64,000 nt of DNA, taken from the sequence record DRR723986_7955, one strand, 5' to 3'. Within the stretch, counting starts at the first letter, position 1. Each line of letters begins with the position of its first letter. A program made the position numbers and the translations under genes. Shown piece by piece: positions 18,290 through 27,754 of this stretch. Under the pieces are notes generated by a model. It saw nothing but the letters and a program-made list of their open reading frames with translations. It was not told the DNA's origin and did no database searches.

Positions 18290-19378
18290 ATGAAGTCAAT
18301 ACTTTCTATAGTGTTTCTGTTATTTATACTTTTAAAGGTCCCTGGGCAACAATTAACCTTAGAAACTGATTTAGATGGCGCCGTTAATGAAACTTCAGGA
18401 TTAATCTATCTTAACAATACATTAATTACTCATAACGATTCAGCAACAACCAACCAGCTATTTGATATAAACACTTCAACGGGTACTGTAACAAGAACCG
18501 TCACAATTACCAACGCAACCAATACTGATTGGGAAGATATAACTCACGATGATGTCTATATTTATATTGGTGATTTTGGTAATTACCAAGGAGATAGAAC
18601 AGATTTAAAAGTCTATCGTATCTTAATCTCAGAATACTTTTCAAATACATCTGTAACTGCAGATATCATAAACTTTGAATACAATGACCAATCAGATTAT
18701 ACACCAAATCCGCTTGCAACAAACTTTGATGCTGAAGGTCTTATACATTACAACAATAAGCTTTATGTTTTTACTAAAAACTGGCTTGATGGAAAAACAA
18801 ATATCTACGAACTATCTAAAATACCAGGAACATATAATATTTCAAGGATTGATAGTATAGAAGCTCAAGGTCTTGTCACTGGCGCTACTTATAATCCTAA
18901 TAATAATTCAATTTTAGTGTGTGGCTATGATGTAAATGGTCCATTTTTAATTGAGCTCCATGGATTCAGTTCTGGCTTATTTTCTAATGGAAACGTTGTA
19001 AAAACATCAGTAAATTCACCAACAAATTATTCATCACAGATTGAAGGTATTACAACAATAAATTCTTCTGAGTACTATATTTCAGCTGAAGAAAATGGTT
19101 CAGATTCACAAGGCTTATTTAGTATCAATTTATCAACTTTAAGTAATGAAAATTATACTAGTAATTCCGTGTCTTTTTATCCAAATCCTGCAAAGGATAT
19201 TATAACAATTAGCCATGATAATTGTATCGTAAAGTTCTATTCTGTTTTAGGAAAACTTGTTAAATCTTCTTCAAAAAAACAGGTTGATATTTCAGACCTA
19301 AAACCGGCAGTTTATCTTTTAAAGATTCAAAATATTACAACTAACAATACTACCTACAAAAGACTGGTTATTCAATAA
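18290..19378 (+). CDS. T9SS type A sorting-domain protein with probable beta-propeller N-domain
   Basis: Signal peptide; NETSGL, THNDS, DWEDI, YIGDFGN, FDAEG blade motifs; C-terminal FYPNPAKD...YLLKI...KRLVIQ. Confidence 0.82.
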   Translation: MKSILSIVFLLFILLKVPGQQLTLETDLDGAVNETSGLIYLNNTLITHNDSATTNQLFDINTSTGTVTRTVTITNATNTDWEDITHDDVYIYIGDFGNYQGDRTDLKVYRILISEYFSNTSVTADIINFEYNDQSDYTPNPLATNFDAEGLIHYNNKLYVFTKNWLDGKTNIYELSKIPGTYNISRIDSIEAQGLVTGATYNPNNNSILVCGYDVNGPFLIELHGFSSGLFSNGNVVKTSVNSPTNYSSQIEGITTINSSEYYISAEENGSDSQGLFSINLSTLSNENYTSNSVSFYPNPAKDIITISHDNCIVKFYSVLGKLVKSSSKKQVDISDLKPAVYLLKIQNITTNNTTYKRLVIQ

Positions 19379-19385
19379 ATCACAC

Positions 19386-20390
19386 CTAACCTAATATTCT
19401 AACTAACAACTCTTTAAGCAGATCTCCTTGATGTACTGCATTAGATCCAACACCTTTACTTTTTACATCAAATTCTCGCAGTAACGCAATAATAGAGCTC
19501 ACGCGTTTCATTGGGTAATTTCTTGCAGCAGTAAGGTATTCGTTTACAAAATAAGGATTAACTCTCAATGCAGACGCTACGCTTCTCGGAGACTTATCTA
19601 CCATACCATGAAGATGCAATAATTGATTAAAGAAACTAAATAATAAAGACACCGTAACGACCATAGGATTATCCTTAGGATTATCAGCAAAATACTTGGC
19701 AATTTTATGCGCTTTCACAGCATTTCGTTCACCTACGGCTTTCCGTAATTCAAAATTATTGTAGTCCTTACTTATACCAATATTTTCTTCAATATGCTCC
19801 GGTGTAATCTGAGTTCCTTTAGGTAGAACAATTTTTAGCTTACTCAACTCGTTATTTACTTTGCTTAAATCAGTTCCTAAAAACTCAACAAGCATTTGAG
19901 CAGCTTTAGGTGAAATGTCGTAACCTTGCCCTTTTAATACTCTTCTTATCCAATCTGGCACTTGGTTTTCGTATAATTTTTTGCTTTCAAACACCACACC
20001 AACTTTATTGATTGCTTTATAAAGCGCCTTACGTTTATCTATTTTTTTATACTTGTAATTAATAACCAAAACAGTCGTCGGCTGAGGATTTTCAGCATAT
20101 TTGGCTAATTTTTCAATGGTACGACTTAAATCTTGTGCTTCCTTTACAATCACTACTTGGCGTTCTGCCATCATCGGAAATCGTTTAGCATTGCTCACAA
20201 TATCATCAATGGTCACATCACGACCATAAAGCACCATTTGGTTGAATCCTTTTTCAGTCTCATCTAAAATATTGTCTTCAATGAAATCTGAAATATTATC
20301 AATATAATAAGCCTCTTCACCCATCAAAAAATAAATAGGTTTTATATCTCCTTGCTTTATTGCTGTAACCAGTTGTTTAACTTCGTCCAA
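19386..20390 (-). CDS. holA: DNA polymerase III delta subunit
   Basis: PIYFLMGEEAYYID, FNQMVLYG, AKRFPMMAERQVVIVKEAQ, IGISKDYNNFEL. Confidence 0.93.
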   Translation of the reverse strand: MDEVKQLVTAIKQGDIKPIYFLMGEEAYYIDNISDFIEDNILDETEKGFNQMVLYGRDVTIDDIVSNAKRFPMMAERQVVIVKEAQDLSRTIEKLAKYAENPQPTTVLVINYKYKKIDKRKALYKAINKVGVVFESKKLYENQVPDWIRRVLKGQGYDISPKAAQMLVEFLGTDLSKVNNELSKLKIVLPKGTQITPEHIEENIGISKDYNNFELRKAVGERNAVKAHKIAKYFADNPKDNPMVVTVSLLFSFFNQLLHLHGMVDKSPRSVASALRVNPYFVNEYLTAARNYPMKRVSSIIALLREFDVKSKGVGSNAVHQGDLLKELLVRILG

Positions 20391-20471
20391 TGTCTTAAAG
20401 TGTTTGTCAGTTAACGCTAAAATTTTCTTAGAAAACTGCGTGATATGACATTATAATTTTAATTTTGTGTA

Positions 20472-20918
20472 GTGCAAGAACTCAACTTTCCTAAGTTTGA
20501 ATTCCGATTCAAAAGTACTGAAAATAAAGTTTCTATTTTTGATGTAATTCGGAAAAAATTCATCATTCTTCAACCTGAAGAATGGGTGAGGCAGCACTGT
20601 GTTCATTATCTTATAAATGAAAAAAATTATCCTAAATCACTTATAAATGTTGAAAAAGAATTACGCATTAACGATTTAAAAAAACGTTATGATATAGTAA
20701 TCTTCAATTCTGATGGTAGTATTCATCTGATTGTAGAATGTAAATCGCATAACATAACAATAAATCAAGACACCTTCGATCAAATTGCACGATATAATAT
20801 GGTATTAAATGCTACTTATCTTATGGTAACCAACGGTATTAATCATTATTATTGTCAAATGGATAATGCTGCAAAACAGTATACTTTTTTAAAAGACATT
20901 CCTAATTTTTCAAATTAA
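20472..20918 (+). CDS. Stand-alone HsdR N-terminal-like (HSDR_N_2) PD-(D/E)xK domain protein
   Basis: IFDVIRKK..LQPEEWVRQ, KRYDIV, VECK, QIARYN, TNG; divergent from holA as usual in Bacteroidota. Confidence 0.8.
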   Translation: MQELNFPKFEFRFKSTENKVSIFDVIRKKFIILQPEEWVRQHCVHYLINEKNYPKSLINVEKELRINDLKKRYDIVIFNSDGSIHLIVECKSHNITINQDTFDQIARYNMVLNATYLMVTNGINHYYCQMDNAAKQYTFLKDIPNFSN

Positions 20919-20920
20919 AA

Positions 20921-21913
20921 ATGCATCAGACCAAGGATATAGCAATTGTGATTTTAAACTGGAACGGCAAGAGCCTTCTTGAAAAATTTCTACCATCAGT
21001 AATGAAGTATTCTGAAGACGCTAAAATTTACATTGCTGATAATGCATCGACTGATGATTCGGTGGTATTTTTGCAATCACATTATCCAGCAGTAAATGTT
21101 ATTGAAAACTCTGAAAATGGCGGTTATGCTAAAGGGTATAATGAAGCACTTAAGGCTGTTAAAGCACCGATTCTGTGCTTATTAAATAGTGATATTGAAG
21201 TTACAGAAAACTGGCTTAAACCAATAATTGATGAATATAACGCCAATAGTAATACAGCAATTATTCAACCCAAAATTCTTGATTATAAGCGAAAGTCTCA
21301 TTTTGAATATGCAGGCGCAGCTGGTGGATTTATAGATAAATATAGTTATCCGTACTGCCGTGGCCGCATTTTTAATTCCATTGAAGAAGATAAGGGACAG
21401 TATAACGACACTACCACTATATTTTGGGCATCTGGAGCTTGTCTCTTTATTAAAAACTCTGTTTTTAATGAATTAAAAGGATTTGATGAATCTTATTTTG
21501 CTCATATGGAAGAAATTGATCTCTGCTGGCGCGCATATAACACTAATTATACAACTAAGTATTTGGGTGCTTCAGCAGTTTATCATATAGGTGGTGCCAC
21601 TTTAGAAAATACCAGTCCGCAAAAGACCTATTTAAATTTCAGAAATAGTTTATTTACACTCGTAAAAAACACGGATTCTAATCTATTAATTAGAACAATT
21701 GTAAGGATGCTATTAGACGGCGTTGCAGGAATACGATTTATACTTCAATTTAAACCTCAACATTTTGTCGCTATTCTTAAAGCTCATGGTTCATTCTACT
21801 TAAGTATTAGTCGTCTTTTAAAGGCTAGAAAACAACTTCCTAAGCGTTCAAATTATTACGAAACGAACTCAATAGTTTGGTCTCATTTCATTAAAAAAAG
21901 AATAAAATTTTAA
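20921..21913 (+). CDS. Glycosyltransferase family 2
   Basis: IVILNWNG, ADNASTDDS, LLNSD, FWASGAC, HMEEIDLCWR. Confidence 0.88.
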   Translation: MHQTKDIAIVILNWNGKSLLEKFLPSVMKYSEDAKIYIADNASTDDSVVFLQSHYPAVNVIENSENGGYAKGYNEALKAVKAPILCLLNSDIEVTENWLKPIIDEYNANSNTAIIQPKILDYKRKSHFEYAGAAGGFIDKYSYPYCRGRIFNSIEEDKGQYNDTTTIFWASGACLFIKNSVFNELKGFDESYFAHMEEIDLCWRAYNTNYTTKYLGASAVYHIGGATLENTSPQKTYLNFRNSLFTLVKNTDSNLLIRTIVRMLLDGVAGIRFILQFKPQHFVAILKAHGSFYLSISRLLKARKQLPKRSNYYETNSIVWSHFIKKRIKF

Positions 21914-22016
21914 TTGTTCATAAAACTGTTAAAGTTTTTGTTAATCCATGTTTAGTCAATTCTTCTTTTGTATAATTTTGAGGTGTTATTAATAACAATT
22001 TAAAGTAAATCAATTT

Positions 22017-22874
22017 ATGAAAAAACTAATGTCATTAAGTGTTTGTGCAATGCTGTTGTTAGCGTCATGCGTATCGAAGAAGGACTACCTAGCACTTGAA
22101 GCACAACAAAAAGAAACTCAAGATTTATTAAACTCTGCTACTGTAAAACTCAATAAGTGTCTTTCGGATGCTGCAGCTGCAAATGCAAGAGTAGAAACCA
22201 TGAAAGATCAGTTGTCTGATTTACGTAAAGCAAACCAGGACTTGATTGATACTAAAGGAAACTTGACAACTCTAACTCAAAAAGGTGCTGAAAATCTTGA
22301 AAAGTCTTTAGAGAGTTTAAAAGAAAAGGATTTAAAGATATCTCGCTTACAAGATGCACTTACAAAAAAGGATAGTGTTACGCTTGCTATAGTAACAAGC
22401 CTTAAGAAGGAGGTTGGTATTAACGATCCGGATATTGAAATTAATGTTGAAAAAGGTGTTGTATTTATTTCTATTGCAGATAAATTATTATTTAAAAGTG
22501 GTAGCTATAATGTAACAGGCAGAGCTAAAGAGGTTTTAGCAAAAGTGGCAAAAGTAATTAATAGTAAGCCAACTTTTGAAGCCATGGTAGAGTCTCATAC
22601 AGACAATGTACCATATAGCAAACCACCATTATTAGATAACTGGGATTTAAGTGTAAAACGTGCTACATCTGTAGTAAGAGTTTTAGAAGATTTAGAAGTT
22701 AATCCTCAGCAACTTATCGCTGCTGGACGTAGTTATCACGTGCCTTTAGTGGCAAATGATACAGCTGAAAATAAAGCAAAAAACAGAAGGACTAGAATAA
22801 TCGTTTTACCTAAAATTGATGAGTTCTACGAAATGATAGAAGAAGAAATGAAAAACCTCTCTGCTGGTAATTAA
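22017..22874 (+). CDS. OmpA/MotB-family lipoprotein with coiled coil
   Basis: LLASC lipobox, coiled coil, LLFKSGS, ESHTDNVP, NWDLSVKRA, KNRRTRI; TAATTTTG at 21973-21980. Confidence 0.88.
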   Translation: MKKLMSLSVCAMLLLASCVSKKDYLALEAQQKETQDLLNSATVKLNKCLSDAAAANARVETMKDQLSDLRKANQDLIDTKGNLTTLTQKGAENLEKSLESLKEKDLKISRLQDALTKKDSVTLAIVTSLKKEVGINDPDIEINVEKGVVFISIADKLLFKSGSYNVTGRAKEVLAKVAKVINSKPTFEAMVESHTDNVPYSKPPLLDNWDLSVKRATSVVRVLEDLEVNPQQLIAAGRSYHVPLVANDTAENKAKNRRTRIIVLPKIDEFYEMIEEEMKNLSAGN

Positions 22875-22895
22875 TTCCTTTAACTATATAATATT

Positions 22896-22925
22896 AAAAA
22901 CCCAAGGCGTTTGCCTTGGGTTTTT
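22896..22925. terminator. Bidirectional intrinsic terminator
   Basis: AAAAACCCAAGGC-GTTT-GCCTTGGGTTTTT between convergent genes. Confidence 0.85.
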
Positions 22926-22933
22926 ATTTGCTA

Positions 22934-25021
22934 CTAATTTAAATTATCATAGGATTTTACCAGTCTTATAAATTCTGCTCTGTAGCCATCTTTATCTTCG
23001 CCTCTGCCCTTTTCTGCAAGTTCTAAAACTAGATCAATAGCAGCGTTGTTAGAAAACTTAGAATTTCTCATTTTCATTCCAAAAAGCGCTACTGCAGATG
23101 CAAAATTTATATCTTCTGAAGATTCTGATATCTGGGTGTCTTGCACATGTACCATTTCAATACTTTTAGACTCATCTGGCTTTTTATATCTAAATTTTAC
23201 AGTGAATAATTCATCTTCGTATTTTAAAGTTGAATTAGTAGTTGCATACTTTAATCGTGGTACTGTTTTTATATAATTACTTTCTGCACCAAATGGAATA
23301 ATTTCGTACAAGGCGGTCACTGTGTGTCCACTACCTAATTCACCTGCATCTTTGGTGTCATCTACAAAATCTTCATCTGCCAAAAGTCTATTTTCATACC
23401 CTATTAATCGATATGCCTGTACTTTCTTTGGATTAAACTCTACTTGAATTTTCACATCTTTAGCAATGGTAAATAATGTTCCGCCAAATTCTTTCCCAAA
23501 TACTTTCTGTGCTTCTTGCTTGTTATCTATATAAGCATGGTTACCATTTCCTTTGTCTGCAAGAGTTTCGAGCTTAGAATCTTTATAATTACCATAGCCA
23601 AAGCCAAGAACGGATAAAAATACACCAGATTTACGCTTTTCTTCGATTAAAGCTTTCATATCCTTGTCGCTTGAAGCACCAACGTTAAAATCACCATCTG
23701 TTGCTAAAATGACACGATTATTACCATTTTTCTTAAAGTGTTTCTCTGCTAGTTTATATGCCATATTAATACCAGCACCACCAGCCGTAGAACCACCTGC
23801 CTCCAAATTTTCTAAAGCCGCTAATATCTTTTCCTTTTTATCGCCAGTGGTTGGTTCTAGGACTACTCCTGCTGCACCAGCATAGACTACTATAGACACT
23901 TTATCCTTTTCTCTTAGTTGATTTACCAATAGTTTAAAGGCACTTTTTAATAATGGTAGCTTATTCATAGAACTCATTGAGCCAGATACATCTATTAAAA
24001 AGGTAAGATTAGAAGCTGGTAATTCTTCATTTAAATAGGCTTTTCCCTGAAGTCCTATTCTAACTAATTTTGTGTTTGAATGCCAAGGAGTTTCAACGAC
24101 TTCGGTATTAATTGAAAAAGGATGTTCATCAGTTGGCTGTGGATAATTATAATTAAAGTAATTAACCATTTCTTCAATTTTAACGGCATTAGGTTCAATA
24201 CGCTGTCCATTATTAATCATTCGTCGTACATTACTGTAAGATGCTTTGTCTACATCAATAGAAAAGGTAGATAATGGACTTAGATTAGCACGTTTAAAAG
24301 GGTTCTCTTGAATCTGCTCATATGATTCATTTAAAAAGTCATTGACAATACTAAAGTCTACATTATTGGTGTACCCTTTGGTTCTTAAACAAATGACTCC
24401 TTTAATTCCTTCATAGCCATATACTGCATTTCCTTGTAATGCATTTAATACTTCGATATGTTTTATTTTATCAGTATTTATATTTCTAAACTCATTTTCC
24501 GAAATAGGTTTACCATCTAGAATATATAATGGTTCATTAGAATTTACAACACCATTTCCTTGAATATTTATTGTGTTATTACCAGAGTGTCGTTTAGAGC
24601 CTAGTATTTTTATACCAGATATTTTACCCGATAATTTAGATGCTATTGTTGGTTTTGGTTTCCTACTTGAAAAATTCATTAGACCAGATTTAGCTACACC
24701 ATAACCTACCACAACGACTTCATCTAAGGCGACGTTCTCAATTAAAGAAACGTCATAAGTATTGCTTGCTCCTATTGTTACTTCTGCAGTTTCCATGGCA
24801 ACATAACTAATTGCCAAAACATCTCCTACATTAACTTTTATGGAATATTTGCCGTCAAAATCAGTTTGTACACCGTCTGAAGTTCCTTTTATAACTACTG
24901 AGGCGCCTGGTAGAGGCAATCCGTCTATAGCTGTTGTTACGACTCCTGTAACTACTTTTTCTTGAGCATTTAATTGCATTGATAATAACAACACAATTAC
25001 TAATTGTAATACATTTTTCAT
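22934..25021 (-). CDS. YfbK-type vWA domain protein with N-terminal SusC-like carboxypeptidase-regulatory and plug-like domains
   Basis: GLPLPGASVVIKGT..QTDFDGKYSI, LDEVVVVGYG, PLYILDG; STFSIDVDKASYSNVRR, MIDAS DVSGS, LATDGDFNVG, YRLIGYENR. Confidence 0.88.
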   Translation of the reverse strand: MKNVLQLVIVLLLSMQLNAQEKVVTGVVTTAIDGLPLPGASVVIKGTSDGVQTDFDGKYSIKVNVGDVLAISYVAMETAEVTIGASNTYDVSLIENVALDEVVVVGYGVAKSGLMNFSSRKPKPTIASKLSGKISGIKILGSKRHSGNNTINIQGNGVVNSNEPLYILDGKPISENEFRNINTDKIKHIEVLNALQGNAVYGYEGIKGVICLRTKGYTNNVDFSIVNDFLNESYEQIQENPFKRANLSPLSTFSIDVDKASYSNVRRMINNGQRIEPNAVKIEEMVNYFNYNYPQPTDEHPFSINTEVVETPWHSNTKLVRIGLQGKAYLNEELPASNLTFLIDVSGSMSSMNKLPLLKSAFKLLVNQLREKDKVSIVVYAGAAGVVLEPTTGDKKEKILAALENLEAGGSTAGGAGINMAYKLAEKHFKKNGNNRVILATDGDFNVGASSDKDMKALIEEKRKSGVFLSVLGFGYGNYKDSKLETLADKGNGNHAYIDNKQEAQKVFGKEFGGTLFTIAKDVKIQVEFNPKKVQAYRLIGYENRLLADEDFVDDTKDAGELGSGHTVTALYEIIPFGAESNYIKTVPRLKYATTNSTLKYEDELFTVKFRYKKPDESKSIEMVHVQDTQISESSEDINFASAVALFGMKMRNSKFSNNAAIDLVLELAEKGRGEDKDGYRAEFIRLVKSYDNLN

Positions 25022-25039
25022 AATATAAATTTTAGATGA

Positions 25040-25645
25040 TTATTTATCTTTAATAACAGAGATAATCTCTGGCAGTAAGGCTATAGCATTGAGTACTAAT
25101 GCATTGCTTTTCTTTTGAACTTTCTTATCCGATTTTTGAACTTTGGCTACTGAAACCTCTTGTGTTCTATTGGGAATACGAATCATAACTACAGAGTTTT
25201 CAGCATCTTCAATGAAATTCTCTTTGGCAAAATTGTATGCTAATTCAATGCCATCGTCTTCAAAAGTTTTTACACTAGATTTTGGATGCTCAATAGCATA
25301 AAGCAGTTTCTTTACATCAGTAGCTTGTGTTTGTTTGAGTGCTATACCATTAAAGTTTGAATACATTACTATACTAATACGATCCTTCTTTGTAACACGT
25401 TTAGATAAAAGCTTGAACGCTTGCTTTAATATAACACCATCTTCCGCACTAAAACTATTTGCGTATGTTTCTATAAGAAAGGTTATGTTTTTGGTTTGGG
25501 TAGAGTCTGCTTCAATACTATAATTTTCTATAATGAATGATATTAAATTATCAAGCTTTACAGACTCAGTTTCAATATTTTTTTCTTGACTGTATCCAGC
25601 ACTAGATATTGTAATTGCTAGGATAATTGTGAATAGTGTTTTCAT
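25040..25645 (-). CDS. Secreted degenerate vWA-like protein, paralogous to the downstream vWA domain
   Basis: Signal peptide MKTLF...AGYS/Q (ATG 25645); segments align by eye with the neighbour's vWA domain but lack DxSxS. Confidence 0.65.
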   Translation of the reverse strand: MKTLFTIILAITISSAGYSQEKNIETESVKLDNLISFIIENYSIEADSTQTKNITFLIETYANSFSAEDGVILKQAFKLLSKRVTKKDRISIVMYSNFNGIALKQTQATDVKKLLYAIEHPKSSVKTFEDDGIELAYNFAKENFIEDAENSVVMIRIPNRTQEVSVAKVQKSDKKVQKKSNALVLNAIALLPEIISVIKDK

Positions 25646-25735
25646 TGGTTTGATTTTTAAAGTTTCTATAAAACTATAAGCCAAACCTGTGTTATAAAAG
25701 CACTAATGAGTTAAGTATAAGTTTGAATGAGTTAA

Positions 25736-26818
25736 CTAACCTAAAATAGATTTTATGGTTTTTCGTCTCTGTATTTTACCATTAACTGTTTCAACAAATT
25801 TGTCGGTTGTATAAATATCCTTTGGAATTTCGAATTTAGTTAGCCCTTTTATTTGCATAATTCGCTTACGAATACTTTCCTTAGTATCCCTTGGATTCTC
25901 AATACAAAGAATTAATTTTTCACCTAAAGTATCATCTTCTATACCTGCAACAAAGAAACGTTCGTCAATTACAGGTTGTAATTTATCTTCTATCTGCTCT
26001 GGAAATAATTTGACACTACCAGAATTAATCACATTATCAATTCTACCAAGTAGTTGGAAGCTAGTTTCAGATTGTAGATCTACAATATCATTGGTTATTA
26101 ATTGTTCTTTAACTAGTTTTGAAGCATTAATTACCAAACAATTTCGCTCATCTTGATTGAATGTTACATTTGGTAATGCTTTAAAAAGGTCTTCACCTTT
26201 TGATGCCTTAGATTGTAATTGTTTAACAGCAACGTGTGTTATCGTTTCGGTCATACCATAGGTTTCATAGAATTTTGATGTGCAACCTTTAATGCGCTCT
26301 ATTAATGGTTTTGTCACTTTAGAGCCACCAACAATAATTGTCTTTATATTATATGTATAATTAAGCGTATGTTTTAATTGAAGAGGAATCATTGCACAAA
26401 AGTCATAATGCTTTTCATAGTCAAATATAGGATGAGCACTTGGCTCAACACAATCTATTTCTAATCCAAGAATCATTGCTCGTACCAACATCATTTTCCC
26501 TGCTATATAGTGACTTGGCAAACAATCTAATGCAGTATCACCAGGCTGTAACCCAAAGAAATCTCCTGTAGCTATAGCCGAGTTTACCATAGCTTGTTTT
26601 TTTAATTTTATGGCTTTTGGCTGACCTGTAGAACCAGACGTATTAACATACAAATAGTCCTTATTATTCAACCAATCGATTAGAAAATCTCCTGTAACAC
26701 GTTCATATGGTTCACCTTCTTTAATTAAGCTATAGCATACCTCTTTAAGTTCTTCATGATCAAAATGTAAACCATTAAACTTAAATCTATTATGAACTTT
26801 GTCAAACGTTGGTGTCAT
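25736..26818 (-). CDS. menE: O-succinylbenzoate-CoA ligase (AMP-binding)
   Basis: TSGSTGQPK, YETYGMTET, GRIDNVINSG; located in the men cluster downstream of menC. Confidence 0.82.
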   Translation of the reverse strand: MTPTFDKVHNRFKFNGLHFDHEELKEVCYSLIKEGEPYERVTGDFLIDWLNNKDYLYVNTSGSTGQPKAIKLKKQAMVNSAIATGDFFGLQPGDTALDCLPSHYIAGKMMLVRAMILGLEIDCVEPSAHPIFDYEKHYDFCAMIPLQLKHTLNYTYNIKTIIVGGSKVTKPLIERIKGCTSKFYETYGMTETITHVAVKQLQSKASKGEDLFKALPNVTFNQDERNCLVINASKLVKEQLITNDIVDLQSETSFQLLGRIDNVINSGSVKLFPEQIEDKLQPVIDERFFVAGIEDDTLGEKLILCIENPRDTKESIRKRIMQIKGLTKFEIPKDIYTTDKFVETVNGKIQRRKTIKSILG

Positions 26819-27754
26819 CTATTCTATTATTTTATAATCCTCTTTTGGTGGTTCCGTTACTTTACCAAATAAACGATCGTTCCAATTTTTCCAGCCATAT
26901 TTTTTAGATAAAATAAATAGCATAATTGGATAAACCACTAATACGGGAATTAATATCTCTGAAACTAAACTCAATGAAGGTTCCGCGGTACTTTTAAATA
27001 TGGCATCGGTTTGTAATGCTGTCCAGTCTGCCGTAACTAATAACGATGCCAATAAATTATTTCCTAAGTGAAATCCTAAAGCTAGCTCTAAGCCATCATC
27101 CATTAGAGTCATTATACCCAATAACAAACCTGTACCTACATAAAAGATCATCATTTTTTCAAATCCGATTTCTGCAACTTCAGGATTCGCACTATGTGCA
27201 ATACCAAATAATACCGATGTTACTATTAAAGGAAACCATTTGTTTTTAACTATAATACCAATATGTTGCATCAAATAACCTCTAAATAAGTATTCCTCTA
27301 ATCCTATTTGAAATGGAAATAAAATGATGCTTATAAGAAATAATAAAGCAAACTTCCCTGCATTAAATTGAAATACCAGTTCTGAGGAGTCTATTGAATA
27401 GCCAATAAAAAAGGTAACTAAAGTAAAGGTGCATATCATTAAAAATGAAAACAAAACTCGTTTGTAATCCACCTTAGGTCTTGCTGTAGTTAAGGATAAT
27501 ATACTGCGATGATGTACATATTTTACCATTAAAAAAAGTAGTCCTAATAAAACCGCAAATGGTGCCAAATTTATAATTAATGAAAGATTAGGAGGTAGTT
27601 TTTTCATCAATTCATAAGCTGCATCTAAATCAGAAGGATCACTGAATAAATACATAATAAAGTTGAGAATGAAAATACCTGCTACTAATAGTGTAGTTAA
27701 GATAAACATCCATAATTCGCGATGTCCTTTATAGGCTTGTTGTATATAATTCAT
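26819..27754 (-). CDS. CPBP/Abi family intramembrane glutamic endopeptidase
   Basis: Multi-TM; EEYLFRGY, FGIAH, HLGNN motifs. Confidence 0.88.
   Translation of the reverse strand: MNYIQQAYKGHRELWMFILTTLLVAGIFILNFIMYLFSDPSDLDAAYELMKKLPPNLSLIINLAPFAVLLGLLFLMVKYVHHRSILSLTTARPKVDYKRVLFSFLMICTFTLVTFFIGYSIDSSELVFQFNAGKFALLFLISIILFPFQIGLEEYLFRGYLMQHIGIIVKNKWFPLIVTSVLFGIAHSANPEVAEIGFEKMMIFYVGTGLLLGIMTLMDDGLELALGFHLGNNLLASLLVTADWTALQTDAIFKSTAEPSLSLVSEILIPVLVVYPIMLFILSKKYGWKNWNDRLFGKVTEPPKEDYKIIE

Noticed and set aside
20472-20918. Type I restriction-modification/defence system
   Set aside because: Only a lone HsdR_N-like domain; no helicase, HsdM or HsdS. Its position next to holA is an ordinary Bacteroidota arrangement.
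25670-25684. TGGCTT-ATAGT-TTTA upstream of the vWA-like pair as a sigma54 promoter
   Set aside because: Poor -12 match in AT-rich DNA; not distinguishable from chance.
26819-27754. Abi-family protease as an abortive-infection or bacteriocin-immunity gene
   Set aside because: CPBP protease embedded between menC and menE with no bacteriocin or defence context.
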